A stretch of 64,000 nt of DNA from Lytechinus pictus (Eukaryota). Of the stretch, positions 26,243-39,232 are shown one piece after another (within the stretch, counting starts at the first letter, position 1; the number at the start of each line of letters is the position of its first letter). Below the pieces are notes generated by a model, which worked only from the letters and a program-made list of their open reading frames with translations, was not told where the DNA came from and searched no databases. Location: contig NC_087246.1 in the NCBI RefSeq assembly GCF_037042905.1, positions 7,132,001 through 7,196,000 on the forward strand. Direction: 5' to 3'. The position numbers and the translations under genes were made by a program.

Positions 26243-26406
26243 ATGGGGCAGTCACATTTCCCGTACAGCGGCCGTATGGTGAGTAAAAAACGTCCATTTT
26301 AATATTTTTTATACCACCTACAAAGAGGTGGTTTGAATAAAAATGAATATAATGGCTGATTATGACTCGCCGTATGGCTGCCGTAGGGGGAAATGTGACT
26401 GCAGCA
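26243..26406. mobile_element. Diverged palindromic MITE related to 39071-39232
   Basis: gcagtcacatttcccgtac...gtagggggaaatgtgactgc. Confidence 0.65.
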
Positions 26407-26900
26407 TTCAGCAGGCGAGACCATGCCGCTTGTGCCCAAATGTTCGCAGGGTTGGGAAAGTTCCTGTAATTTGCTTTCACACTGTCAAAATACCCATGAC
26501 CTTAGAAAATCCCAGCTTATGTTCTCGTAATTTGTTACAGTACAGGTTATTTAGCGGGTATTTTCTATTTGGGATATCACGAGTAATTTGTTTTCATGTA
26601 GGCAAAAATACCTGGAATTTTTTGATCAGGTTAGATCAGGGTAAATATCCTGATCTGAGAATACCTGGTATTCTCGAACTTTGAGGTGATCTGAATACAC
26701 CACCTGATTATCACAAACCTCTTTAGTGTTCTGATTGATGAAAATTTGATAGATTTATCGTTAGGGTTTTTTGGCCCCCATGCCTGACTTTTAAAGGTCA
26801 GCTTCTAGATAGTATTTACTGTGTTTATTGTAAGGTAGTAAACATGAAAATTAGGTGTGAAGATATACAATCCAATGCTCATTCTTCTCTCTCTCTCTCT

Positions 26901-27896
26901 AGGTGGTTTCAAACTGCCTTGATCACAAAAATCCCTGTTAAAGGGGAAGTTCACCCTGAAGAAAACTTTGTTGTAAAAATAGCAGAAAAAATAGTAAAAA
27001 ATATTGGTGAATGTTTGAGGAAAATCCGTTAAAGAGTAAGAAAGTTATTAGAGTTCAAAGTTTTGGATTTGTGACGTCATAAACGAGCAGCTGCCCCATG
27101 TGTTATGTAATATAAAATGCATGAATTTCAAATTTTGTATGGTTCCTGATGACTTAATTTTGTTTTCTATTCATGATCGGATGTGAAATGGTTTGTCTTG
27201 TGATACACAAAAGGTACAGTTAAAACTATTATCAATTTTCTGAGAAAATGACATTTCATTGATTTTTTACCATTCGCTATGTAGGAATGCTGCTCGCATA
27301 TGACGTCACAAATCAAATAATTGATATTCTAATTACTTTTTAATTATTTGATGAATTTTTGTCAAACCTTCGGCAATATTTTTAAATATTTTTTCTGCTA
27401 TTTTTACAATAAATTTTTTGTCAGGGTGAACTTCCCCTTTAAATTACAAGAACTTTTTCAGGCTAAAAAACACTCAATAATTATATTTGCATTCACACTG
27501 CCCTGAAATATAACCTTCTGAATAAGTTCCAGAAGTTACTAGCATGCGCAGAATGGTCTGATATTAAAGCAAGCAAGGAGTAAGATTCAAAATCGTTAGC
27601 TCAGCAGCCACCTACACGCTAGGCCTTTGCGCTAGGCTTAGTTCCCGTACGGTATTAAGTTGCTTTTACACTGCCAAAATATTCATTACCTTGAAAGATC
27701 CCTGCAAAAATGCTCATAATTTTGACAAGTACCTTCTATTTAGCGAGTATTTTCTTTCGGAGATATCACATGTTATTTGCTTTCACACTGCAAAAAATTA
27801 CCTGGTATTTTCTGATTGGGGTGAATCAGGGCAAATTTCCCAATCAGAAAATACTGGAACTGAACTGAGGTACCTCGAGGTGGTTTGAAAACACCT
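26901..27896. mobile_element. PIF/Harbinger-like MITE (GGTGGTTTCAAAC family) interrupted by a Kolobok-like element
   Basis: aggtggtttcaaactgcc / ggtggtttgaaaacacct. Related copies at ~26440-26705 and 62079-62310. Confidence 0.75.
26942..27438. mobile_element. Kolobok-like element (TTAA TSD), nested
   Basis: ttaa|aggggaagttcaccctga...tcagggtgaacttcccct|ttaa. A diverged relative lies at ~35991-36437. Confidence 0.88.
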
Positions 27897-27917
27897 TCTG
27901 TGTCTCTATCTTTATCC

Positions 27918-27955
<38 letters not shown>

Positions 27956-28164
27956 GTCATTTGCTTGTTTGTAGGCATGGTGCATGCTCCTCAAATAAAT
28001 TTTCACCTCTAAGAGGGCGTTTCCTCACGCATCTTCTTTTTACTCTGACATATCAAATTGCAGATTAACCCACGTCTTTGTTAAAGATTGAATTAGAAAT
28101 GAACTTGAAGGGGGAAAAATGTGTGGGCTCTCATAGTCCACCCACTACTGTGTAGGCTGTGGGA

Positions 28165-28856
28165 CAGGGGTGGATCCAGGATTTTCCAAAAAAAGGGGGG
28201 GGGGGCACATTTTCCCGAGGAAAAAAAGGGTTTTCACCTCGAAATTAAAGGTATTGTTTAACTTTGTGAGCAGCCGATTTAAACAATTCTTAAACCAAGA
28301 TGAAACATGTGTACAAGTGCATTTATTAGAACTAATAAACCCTGAAAACAACCATTATTGAGAATGAAAAGCTAAAACTACAAGGCAAACCATGATTTTG
28401 TAAATAGGCGTCTAATAGACGCCTAAATAGTACACATAAGTGTATAAGATGAAATTAAGGTGGTGTTTCCGGTCACTTTATATTTCAATTTTTGAAGCAC
28501 TTAATAATTATTTTCGAACGCAATTTTTTCTGGGCATCATTTTTGTAACATATCACAGACACAGGTGACAAGTGTGACCTTCTAGCTCAGATTTTTAAAA
28601 ATTCAAATCAATGTTAAACAATCACTTTAAGTAAATTTTGTTGACGTAAAATTTGAAAACCAAAAAAAGATAAAGTAAAATGTCCTCACTTGTGAGTGAA
28701 CAACATTTTCCCATGAAAAATATTTGCTGTAACTTTCAAGGGGGGGGGGGCACACTTGTGTAAAAACGGCATATTTACATTAAAATTTTTGATTATGACT
28801 GAAAGGGGGGGGGGCACAGGATGGATGAGCCCCCCCCCCCCCTGGAGCCGCTACTG
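28165..28856. mobile_element. hAT-like MITE (8-bp TSD) with a nested Kolobok-like element at 28249-28626
   Basis: caggggtggatccagg / cctggagccgctactg; TSD ctgtggga at 28157-64 and 28857-64. Inner element ttaa|aggtattgtttaac...gttaaacaatcact|ttaa. Confidence 0.85.
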
Positions 28857-30284
28857 CTGTGGGAATATGTGGTGTATCATGTTCTTATTGCTGCAAAATT
28901 TGAAAATGAATAGGCCCATGTGAAAAAAAATGTACATTGTAATATGAATAATTGTGAATATCTTATTTAATTTACATAAAACCTCACTAAAAATAATTTG
29001 CATTCCTCATGTTTTAAACTTCCATGATACCCTTTTCAGATATTTTGACAGTGAAAATTGTATTCAGTACTAGTTACTGGTATTAAAAGAAAGCATTTAC
29101 ATATATTTAGGCCTACATGTACATGTACATCCTAATTAAAAATGAAAAAACAAAAAAATATGCAATTACATAGTAATTGCACAAAAGTTTTTATTTTTAT
29201 TTTGAATAAGGATGCACATTGTAATATGAATAATGTGATTGTCTTATTTGATTTACCGGTACAAAAAAATCTGTTTACATTGTCGTGATGTAGTCGATAT
29301 TATATGCAAGCCCTATGGTACATACATATATACATGTACATGTACAGTACATACATGAAAATATTGTCCAATTCTTAGTGCACATTATTCAGAAAGTTTT
29401 ATAAATAATACATGTAGAATTATTAATAGGCCAATGTGATTTTTATATATTTACTTAAAAACATGTCCTTGGCATAGTACGTACCTGTTATGAGGGAGTT
29501 ACAAATTGGTATGTCTAAAAGCAGATCTATGGTACTGTGAAATTACTGCCATTATGAAGCACAGAAAGGGTTGATACTTGGCCAGGTAGGAAATCATACA
29601 GGATAAAATTACACAAGCAAAGGTTTGATTTGTTAGAGGAAACCCAACTCTGATAAGCTGTGTTTTGGAAAGTAATTATGCTTTCCAATGTGCAGCTTGG
29701 TTTCTCTTGTCAAAATATTTTTGTGAATTTACATTTCACTGTCTGACTACATCTTACCAATAGGAATACCACCGTTGTATATTGATGTATTTGGTTTATT
29801 ACAATGCCGTCATGTTCATAAAAAGGCTCTTGGATTGATTCAGTCAGAAAATAGGGATGGCCTATTAATATGTAGTTATCAAGGGTGAAACAAATTCCTG
29901 GTTACAGATTAAAAATAAATATAAGGTTTGACCATGGTTTAATTACATTTTTTTGGCTAGGAATTAGAGAAGATTGGTCATTTATTAGTCAATAGTGATT
30001 TTTCATGTTTTAAAAAATCTTTAATAGGCCTACACCAAAAAAGAATAAAAATCCTTGTAACAAATTGTCACCGATTTTATAAATTTTCTTTCTAACTCCT
30101 GCGATGAGAAAATATGATACTGGGGTAAATTCTTCTCACAAACAACCCTTGGAATGACAGACTGTACATGTACATAGGGTTTCATGATATTTGCCTGTGA
30201 CGATTGCACCAATGGAAAAGCTATATGTTAAGCAAAAAAACAACAACAAAACCCCCCCATAAAACGTAACCTCCAAAACTAAAT

Positions 30285-30952
30285 CGTTGGTGGTCATCCA
30301 ACCATTGTATCACACATACGACGGTGCAAACCCATTTTAGAGAAAATCGACTTCAAAGTTTACTATATTTTTCACGCTTAGTCCCCCAGCCTTAAATTTG
30401 AAACATATTTATATATGTTATATATTGCTAGAAAAATACATGGTTGGAAAGACCAAGACAATTGCTTGACATTGGTATTTTTATTTTTACACAAAACCAA
30501 GGATCAGAGAAAATATCTACATGTATGCTCTTGTAATTTTGGTTTGAGCGGTTTAGATTTCCCCTGTACAAAAACGCCATAGGGAATACAACAACCCTGT
30601 CTGCGATTTCAATGCGCGCAATCAGTCAAAAGTTGTATAGTTTTTTCAAGTGCAAAGTTAATGCAGCGCCGATTTGACAGTTTGGCTGACCGCGCATTTG
30701 CATATTAAGTGCACACAGCTGTTGTTTGCTTTGCTACAGTACACGTTTCCAATGGGATTTGCACAATTTTCAACAATTTGTATGGCATCGCCGTGGAAAT
30801 CCCCTGATATCTCAGAAACTAAAATAAAATGCTGCCTAGAAATTTAGTTATGAACAGATTAGGAGTTGTGCTCTCATTTTCTGCAAAAATCTCAAATCCA
30901 ATTTTTTTTAAACCAAAATTGACTGATACGTCGGTTTGGATGAATGCCAATG
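30285..30952. mobile_element. TIR element with 4-bp AAAT TSD (Sola1-like)
   Basis: aaat|cgttggtggtcatccaacc...ggtttggatgaatgccaatg|aaat; imperfect TIR. Confidence 0.6.
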
Positions 30953-31027
30953 AAATAACCATAAACCTTTAATATTTTTCTGAACCAAAATCTCTATTAC
31001 AATCCTAAGTGTAACCCTATGTCCTCT

Positions 31028-31387
31028 AGGGCCATCTGCATCAGCCTGAGTTTTCAGATTAGCGGGCTATTTCTGATCCGGCAAATTATCTCGATCTGAA
31101 CAATCTCAAGATTATTTGTAATGGAGACGCAATCATGGGGATAGTCGCTGGATTAATCTCGAGATTGCAATCTCAAGTCAACTTGCTAATTCGCAGGTGC
31201 AGACGCACTTGGGATTATTCATCCACGGCGTCACACCATAATGCATCGATGCCTCGCTCGAGCACGAATTGCGCTTCTTGTGCTGGTGGAGATGGGGTTT
31301 CTTGAATCTTGAGATTGATCGCAAAAAGGGCCAATTGGGCTAAAATCTTGAGATTGAGCAAACTCTGGTTGGTGCAGCACTGTCTAC
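31028..31387. mobile_element. PIF/Harbinger-like MITE, copy 1
   Basis: tagggccatctgcatcagcc...ggttggtgcagcactgtcta; colinear with 45621-46029. Confidence 0.8.
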
Positions 31388-32058
31388 TGAGCTTTTTAGA
31401 CTGGAGCAATTGTCGCAGGAGCAATTGTCATGTCACCATACAAGGAGCATGTTGAGATTCAGCAATAAGATTAATTTGGTAAATAGACTATAAGTATCAC
31501 ATGCTCTCCATGTCCAGATAGGTCTAATCTTGTTGTTACCAGGATAAGGTAATGTTAGGTTACCAGGGAGATAAATCTGTCTAGCTACCTTCAGTATCTA
31601 TAGATCAGTGGATAGACTGCTTAGGGTCTTAAAGGATTAATTCTCCTCATGATTAAAATCTTGCCCCATTGTCAGTCACAAAATTATTTATTATTTTGTT
31701 ACGCTACTCTTGTTCTATATATGTAGTCCAACCAGGGAATTGTTAATGAGACAGCCCAACAACAACAGGCATTTGGTGTGAAGATTCAAATTCGGATTGG
31801 TGTTTGCGAATTTTAGGGGAACCATTTGTTACTTTGATTGAGGATCTATTAGAGTATTTCATGTTGGTTTTCAGGGCGATAAGGGCTGTTGACTAAGCAT
31901 CTGACAAGAAACCACTACTAACAATTTGTCAAATAACAACCCTTGACATTTACTCATTCTCTAACACAAACAGCTGAATAACCATGTACGTTGGAATGGT
32001 GTAGACTATTTTTGGCTTGGAACAAGATGCTTTCACATACTCTTGTGGATATAACTCA

Positions 32059-35000
32059 TAGTAGACTTGTTAAGAGGTTGAACGCTGCATTTTTGAGTAC
32101 AAATGTCCCACTTGGCACAAATGTTCCTTGAGTCAAAAGAAAAAGATTCATCCAAAGAGACACGCTGTATCTATGCAAATAAGCAAGTAATTTGCATAAA
32201 TTTGCATATTATGTCGATATAGTAAAAACAAGTATTTCAGAATATATATTTAACCAGAACTGCCCTAAAATTGGAAATAAAGACTTAGGGTAAGAAAGGG
32301 AAGAAAATTGTCATAAAATAATTGGGACATCCTTGTTTATTATTACCTAATTTACATAAATTATGCAAATTATAATTTAAAACAAAGTATTTTTTCATGA
32401 ATCCTGAACTGTTTTATAAATAACAGCAATTAATACACAATGTCAACATTCTACATGAAAGATAATATATTAGCGAAAACATCGATATGCTTCATGACAG
32501 TATTAGTGTCTTAATTTGCTTAGAAAGAGGGCAAATATGTCAAAATGTATGACGTGATATTGCGCTAAAACGAGACCAAAACAACCTCTATGTCACAGTC
32601 ACACTCACGAATCGGACAATAAAGCGATCAATGGTATGTCATTCGAGATAACACAATCTCAACACAATAGCTTCCATCGGCTTCTCGTATCGCTTTTGTT
32701 GGTGTGTCTGCCACACCGTAATCTATGGTATATACGGGCAAAATGCATTTCGGTATCGGTAAAACACTATTAATTTTGTTTTATTTGTTTCTAATTTGTT
32801 TCTCTTGGAAAATTTACAGGAGACATTGCTTTGCAGGTTACTGCTTTAATGAAACTCTGGCACATGAATCATGACGAATGTATCCTACCTCAATCCATAT
32901 TGTAACTTTATTAAAATATATATCTTTTGGAGACCCCGAAGTGGCAAAACTGCATCCCCCTGCATTCCCGCCACTTTACAAAACCAGTTTGACTTGTATA
33001 ATCGACTTGGAAAAGACAGATGTATGAGACATCAGTCAACATGTGTCCTGAAGAAAGTTTTTTTTTGTTTATTTAAGCCTACGCCCACGGGAGCCCTCCG
33101 AATTTACCCCATCCACTCTCCGTATTTCGACTTTAAATTAAAAAAACCATCGGCAAGGCAAATTGCGTTTTTTGGTATAATAAAGCAACTTTTATATCTA
33201 TATTTTTATATTTACATTCATCATTATTGATATTATTATAATTATTATTAATATTATTATTATTAGTATTATTATTATTACTGTTATTATTATTATTATT
33301 ATTATTATTGTTCTGCCATTTGTAATAGTGCTCTAGCACAGTAAAGGCTATAACCCAACATGAGCATGCCTAGGATACCCTCTCCCTTTTTGGTTTTATG
33401 TATTAAAAAATAGTTTATTGTCTTTAGAACTCTTAAAAGATTACTTTTGTTTGTATTGATATCTTGGAATAGATTGAGGAGAAAATACTCTACAACTGAC
33501 ATGTAGAGGAGCTGTGTTACATTGAAGAACAGCCACACAGCCCTTTATTGATTCCACTCTATGTTAAATTTAAATATTTTTTTAGCCCAATCGGAAGAAA
33601 GATGCATTTCTACTACACAAAGTAAAGCCTCTTTGCATTCTCCTCTTAAAAAAAAAAAAAAAACATAGAAGGCATTGTTTTATATCTCATAAAATAAGTT
33701 CGTGTACGTGACGGTGGCCTGTCGAAGTTGCCCAACCCTTTATTTTGTTTCGACAATATATATTTAGAATATCGTCTAAATGAAACCCTCATCTGGAAAA
33801 GGGCACTTATTAAAGGCAGCATCTACATTATATAGAGGCCCTGGCACTGGGAAGAGGAGGCTGAAGCTTGTTAAATTTCTTCGGACCAATATGTTACATT
33901 GAAACTTTTTTGCTTTTCAAATTTACATCAAGAAATTTAACAAGCAAATAAACAAAATTGATTGCACTACAAAATGAAGGTTTTTTTTTTGTAACGTTTT
34001 TTTTTTTTCGTTTTGTCACATCTGCCGGAATTCCAGGGGGTGCTGTCTATGGAGAATAACACACGCAGCACAGCCCCCCCCCCCCTTAGAAAAATCTTGT
34101 GGGTGCTTCAGCCTCCGCTTCCAAGTACCAGGGCCTCCTCTATATAATGTAGATGCTGCCTTTAATAAGTGCCCTTTTCCAGATGAGGGCTTCATTTAGA
34201 CGATATTCTAAATATATATTGTCAAAACAAAATAAAGGGTTGGGCAACTTCGACAGGCCACCGTCATGTACACGAACTTATTTTATGCGATATAAAAAAA
34301 TGCCTTCTATGTTTTTTTTTTTCAAGAGGAGAAAGCAAAGAGGCTTTACTGTGTGTAGTAGAAATGTATCTTTCTTCCGAATGGACTCTAAAAATATTTA
34401 AATTTAATATAGAGTGGAATCAATAAAGGGGTATTTTAGAACTTACGTGTGGCTTTTCTTCAATGTACCACAGCTCTTTTACATGTCAATTGTAGAGTAT
34501 TTTCACCTCAATCTATTCCAAGATATGAGTTCTAAAGACAATAAACTATTTTTGAATACATAAAACTAAAAGGGGAAAGGGTATCCTAGGCATGCTCCTG
34601 TTGGGTTATAGCCTTTACTGTGCTAGAGCATTATTACAAACTGCAAAACAACAACAATAATAATAATAATATCAATAATAATAATAATAATAATATTAAT
34701 GATAATAATAATATTAATATAGATAAATATGAAATATAGATATAAAAGTTGCTTTATTATACCAAAAACGCAATTTGCCTTGCCGGTGGCTTTAAAACAC
34801 GATATTTTTTTTTATTTAGTGTCGAAATACAGAGAGGGGATGGGGTAAATTCGGAGGGCTCCCATGGACGTAGGCTTAAATTAAAAAAAAAAACTATCTT
34901 CTGGAAACATGTTAACTGATGTCTCATACATCTGTCTTTTCCAAGTCGATAATACAAGTCAAACTGGTTTTGTAAAGTAGCGGAAATGCCGCGGGGAATG

Positions 35001-35904
35001 CAGTTTTGCCACTTCGGGGTCTCCAAAAGATATATATTTTAACAAAGTTAAAATATGGATTGAGGTGGGGTACATTTGTCATGATTCATGTGCCAGAGCT
35101 TCAATAAAGCAGTAACCTGCAAAGCAATGTCTCCTGTAAATTTTCCAAGAGAAACAAATTAGAAACAAATAAAACAAAATTAATAGTGTTTTACCGATAC
35201 CGAAATGCATTTTGCCCGTATATACCATAGATTACGGTGTGGCAGACACACCAACAAAAGCGATACGAGAAGCCGATGGAAGCTATTGTGTTGAGATTGT
35301 GTTATCTCGAATGACATACCATTGATCGCTTTATTGTCCGATTCGTGAGTGTGACTGTGACATAGAGGTTGTTTTGGTCTCGTTTTAGCGCAATATCACG
35401 TCGTACATTTTGACATATTTGCCCTCTTTCTAAGCAAATTAAGACACTAATACTGTCATGAAGCATATCGATGTTTTCGCTAATATATTATCTTTCATGT
35501 AGAATGTTGACATTGTGTATTAATTGCTGTTATTTATAAAACAGTTCAGGATTCATGAAAAAATACTTTGTTTTAAATTATAATTTGCATAATTTATGTA
35601 AATTAGGTAATAATAAACAAGGATATCCCAATTATTTTATGACAATTTTCTTCCCTTTCCTACCCTAAGTCTTTATGTCCAATTTTAGGGCAGTTCTGGT
35701 TAAAAATATATTCTGAAATACTTGTTTTTACTATATCGACATAATATGCAAATTTATGCAAATTACTTGCTTATTTGCATAGATACAGCGTGTCTCTTTG
35801 GATGAATCTTTTTCTTTTGACTCAAGGAACATTTGTGCCAAGTGGGACATTTGTACTCAAAAATGCAGCGTTCACCCCTTTTTTTGCAGTTAACAAGTCT
35901 ACTA
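32059..35904. mobile_element. 3.85-kb foldback-type non-autonomous element with ~1.8-kb inverted arms, Academ-like
   Basis: TAG...CTA termini (tagtagacttgttaa / ttaacaagtctacta); 3-bp TSD tca at 32056-58 and 35905-07. Arms 32059-33867 and 34105-35904, ~237-bp spacer, (AAT)n microsatellite in both arms, no transposase ORF. Confidence 0.9.
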
Positions 35905-35990
35905 TCATGTTCATATATGTACCTACTCTTTTTGAAGGATGGTATCTGACTTTAAAAAAATGGTGTGAAAGGGGCAAATTTACTTGTGTA

Positions 35991-36437
35991 AAGGAAAACT
36001 TTACCCTGAAGAAAACTTTGTTGTAAAAATACGAGGAAAATTGATTGACAAATATCGGTGAAGGTTTGAGGAAAATCTGTCAAAAAAAGGGAAAGTCAGA
36101 ATTTCGTTTTTGATTTGTAATGTCATACATGTATATGAGCTTCTGCTCCATATGTTATTTAATATATAATGTATAAATTTCAATATTTTGATGGTTCATG
36201 GTGACTATTAAAAGGTTTTTCTTCTAGGAGCAGCTGTGAAATAATTCATATGTGGATATATTGATGGTTGATAAAAAAACATTATCATTTTTTTGGGAGA
36301 AAATTATATTTCTGCTTGCATACAATATCTCAAATGACTTTAAAATTTTGATGGATTTTCCTCATACCTTCACCAATATTTTTATTATTTTTTCTGCTAT
36401 GTTTACAATAAACTTATTATCAGGGTGAACTTCCACT
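35991..36437. mobile_element. Diverged Kolobok-like element related to 26942-27438
   Basis: accctgaagaaaactttgttgtaaaa...cagggtgaacttccact|ttaa. Confidence 0.7.
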
Positions 36438-39070
36438 TTAAACAACATACATGTACTGTACGTAGTAGGCCTACATGTACATGTACCAGGTTGTAATAAA
36501 GAGCCTGTGTATAGTTAAATGTGTATGTACGCGCATAACATACTGTATATTTGCAAATAATTCAGTTGATTGAAATCATTGTTTTTCATTCTCAAGGAAA
36601 TTATTATGGCGGGTTTGTACAGTATGTAGGGAGGATGTTAGCAATGATGGTTATGGTTTTGTGGTTAGGACTTGGCATTTCATTGGCCTCTCCACACACT
36701 GAATAACCTATAATAATCTACTATTGCTGTTGACTGCCAGCATTTTTAAATCATTACTTATTCACTATTGTTTAAAGGGATTATCAATCAAAACTTTATA
36801 CATTTAAAATATTGGAAATTGGAAAGTTCTTGGTTTCTTGCGTAGGTTTTGGACAACAGATTGTGTGGATGTATTCTACAATGCCTGTTCTATAATCCTT
36901 CCTTTTTTTTCTGCCCATCCCCATTTCTCTCCCTGTCAAAACAAGTTGAGAGTAATGTTTGTGATGCTTGACATGGTGAATGGTTTGATGATCTTTAGAT
37001 GCATTGTACAGCATATCTTGATTGTATGAAAACCTCTATGACTGACCATGCAGACTCGCTTACTAACCTGTAGTGAGATGAAGATTGCTCTCTGCCACCA
37101 CCACTGATGCCTTCCGGATGATGCGGGCATTGGAAGCATGCAGAATACCAGTTTGTTGTCATACACATACAACACTTAACACACACACACATATACACCC
37201 ACTTAGATGCATGCAATCATCAGCATACATATTATTTCCACAAATACAAGAGCAGGAGGTGGTTTACGTGTATGTGCCTGTTGAGATGTTGTACAGAAAA
37301 ACACTTATTTGCCCTTGTAATTCTTTCCCTCCATTTCCCCTGTCTCTTTCCCCCATCCTCTCCTTCGATTTTTTTTCTATTCCTCTTTCACTTCGTATCT
37401 CCCTTTCTCCAACATTTGAAGAAAAAAAGGTAGTCGTCTCTCAAGGGTCAGAAGCTCTGCAGCAGACAAAATGAAATTAGTCCAAAATGGACGATCAATG
37501 AATTCCTTGTTGCTTGGTAACAGAGGAGTAATAGTGCGCCTGCAGCTGCTGGTCTAGAGGCTGCTACATGAGAAGGAGAAATTCACTGGAGATAAATGTT
37601 TGAACCCCACCCATCTCCTCTCTCCCTGAATTTAAATATTAAAATAAAGATAATGGGTTTATCATACTTTACGTGATCAATTCAATTCAGTTCAATTCAG
37701 ATTGCATTTACAGGTTATTTAATTAGAAATCGTCATCGATCAATATTGCGGTAATCCTGCAGTGGAGTAACTGTAAGTGCAAACAATGCAAACAGAACAA
37801 AATGGATGTGCCCATAATAATGCTACTTGGATTAAGATATTTTCAAGCCGATTCAAGCAAGAAAGTTTTGAGAAATCCTGGTACTATTATTTTTTTCATT
37901 GGTCTACTTGCTTGATTTGTTGTTTAGGTATATAATATCATGTGTAAGTCTTGATATATAGATCTATATGTAGATAAGAAAATAATGGCCTGAAAAGTGG
38001 TTGGTATTCATTGTCTTTGGTGACACTGCATTTCTTATGTATTTCTTTATTTTGGCAGTCCACCAGTCTCTAATCTGTGGGTGGGTACAGATGAAAAAAA
38101 AAACCTGGGGGACTCAGGCCTATGATAATCAGACACATCCTTTTATACCCCTGTGCAGTGTAGAAAGATAATCATGTTCAATTACAAAATTTGAATTAAT
38201 TGAATTTATCTTAATTGATACAGAGGAGCTGCAGCAGCTGCTCACATATGATGTTTAATACAAAATACAAATAAAAATTCATTACTCTCTTCTTATTTAA
38301 TGGATTTTCATCAACAGGCCTACTTCACCAATATATTTCTCATATTTTTCTTCTTTTATTAAAACAAACTTATTATGAGGATGAACTTCTCCTAATGATT
38401 TAGGGTGCATTAACAAATTTGGAATTTGAAAAAAAAATTGCTTCTAATGGAATGAGAAGTATACCATATATTCTTTATAAACTAGTTTATTTTTATTTAT
38501 TTTAAGTTATAGAATATATAGAAGTCTTTAACTATCTAAGAAATCAACAAATAATCAATACTTGCCCAACACTGTACCTGAGAATGCCCAACGGGGGCCA
38601 GAACAGTAGCCTAGAACTCATGAAGGGTTCTGCCTACCATAAGAAGAGGTATTGTGTATAGTGGTATTATGAATATGTTGATAGAATGAAAACTGCTTAA
38701 GCTGTACACTGTAAAAATGCTGTTTAAAATTAAAGCATGTTGTTTTAGCCCATCACTCTAACGACTACATGCATCATAATTTGTATGTGTTTTCATAATC
38801 CCTCTCCCATCAAAATCATTAAGGTTGACATGAATATGTAGGCTAGTGCAAGCCTAGAAGTGTAAGCACTACTGGCATCCCAAACTTTATGACCTGCAGA
38901 TATTTGTTTCAGGGTTGTCCTCGGCTACTCTTTATATTAAAATAGTCAGAATTTAGGTTGGAGTAAGTCAGATGACCAGTATGTCAGTACTTGCTGGTGT
39001 ATTGCATATTTTATCATAATATTGATATTGGTTTTATATAGTGCTTAACACAAAGCAACAGCATATCTAA

Positions 39071-39232
39071 TACCTCGGTCACATTTGCTCTACGGCCGCC
39101 GTACGGTGAATCGAAAACAGCCGTTTTATGCATTTTTATTCAAACCACCTATATGTGGCTGGTACAAGAAATGTTAAAACAGCGGTTTTCGACTGGCCGT
39201 ACGGCCGACGTAGAGCAAATGTGACCGAGGTA
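39071..39232. mobile_element. Palindromic MITE with TAA TSD (PIF/Harbinger-like); shorter relative at 40673-40750
   Basis: taa|tacctcggtcacatttgctctacg...cgtagagcaaatgtgaccgaggta|taa. Confidence 0.85.

Larger units (their letters stand above)
30178..31437. mobile_element. Small MITE (ggtttcatga...tcatgtcacc family) split by two later insertions
   Basis: Ends match the uninterrupted ~210-bp copy at 61381-61590. Confidence 0.65.

Noticed and set aside
36936..37216. Possible minus-strand nested exon ending at a cag|gttagt donor
   Set aside because: No recognisable protein in any frame and no partner exons.
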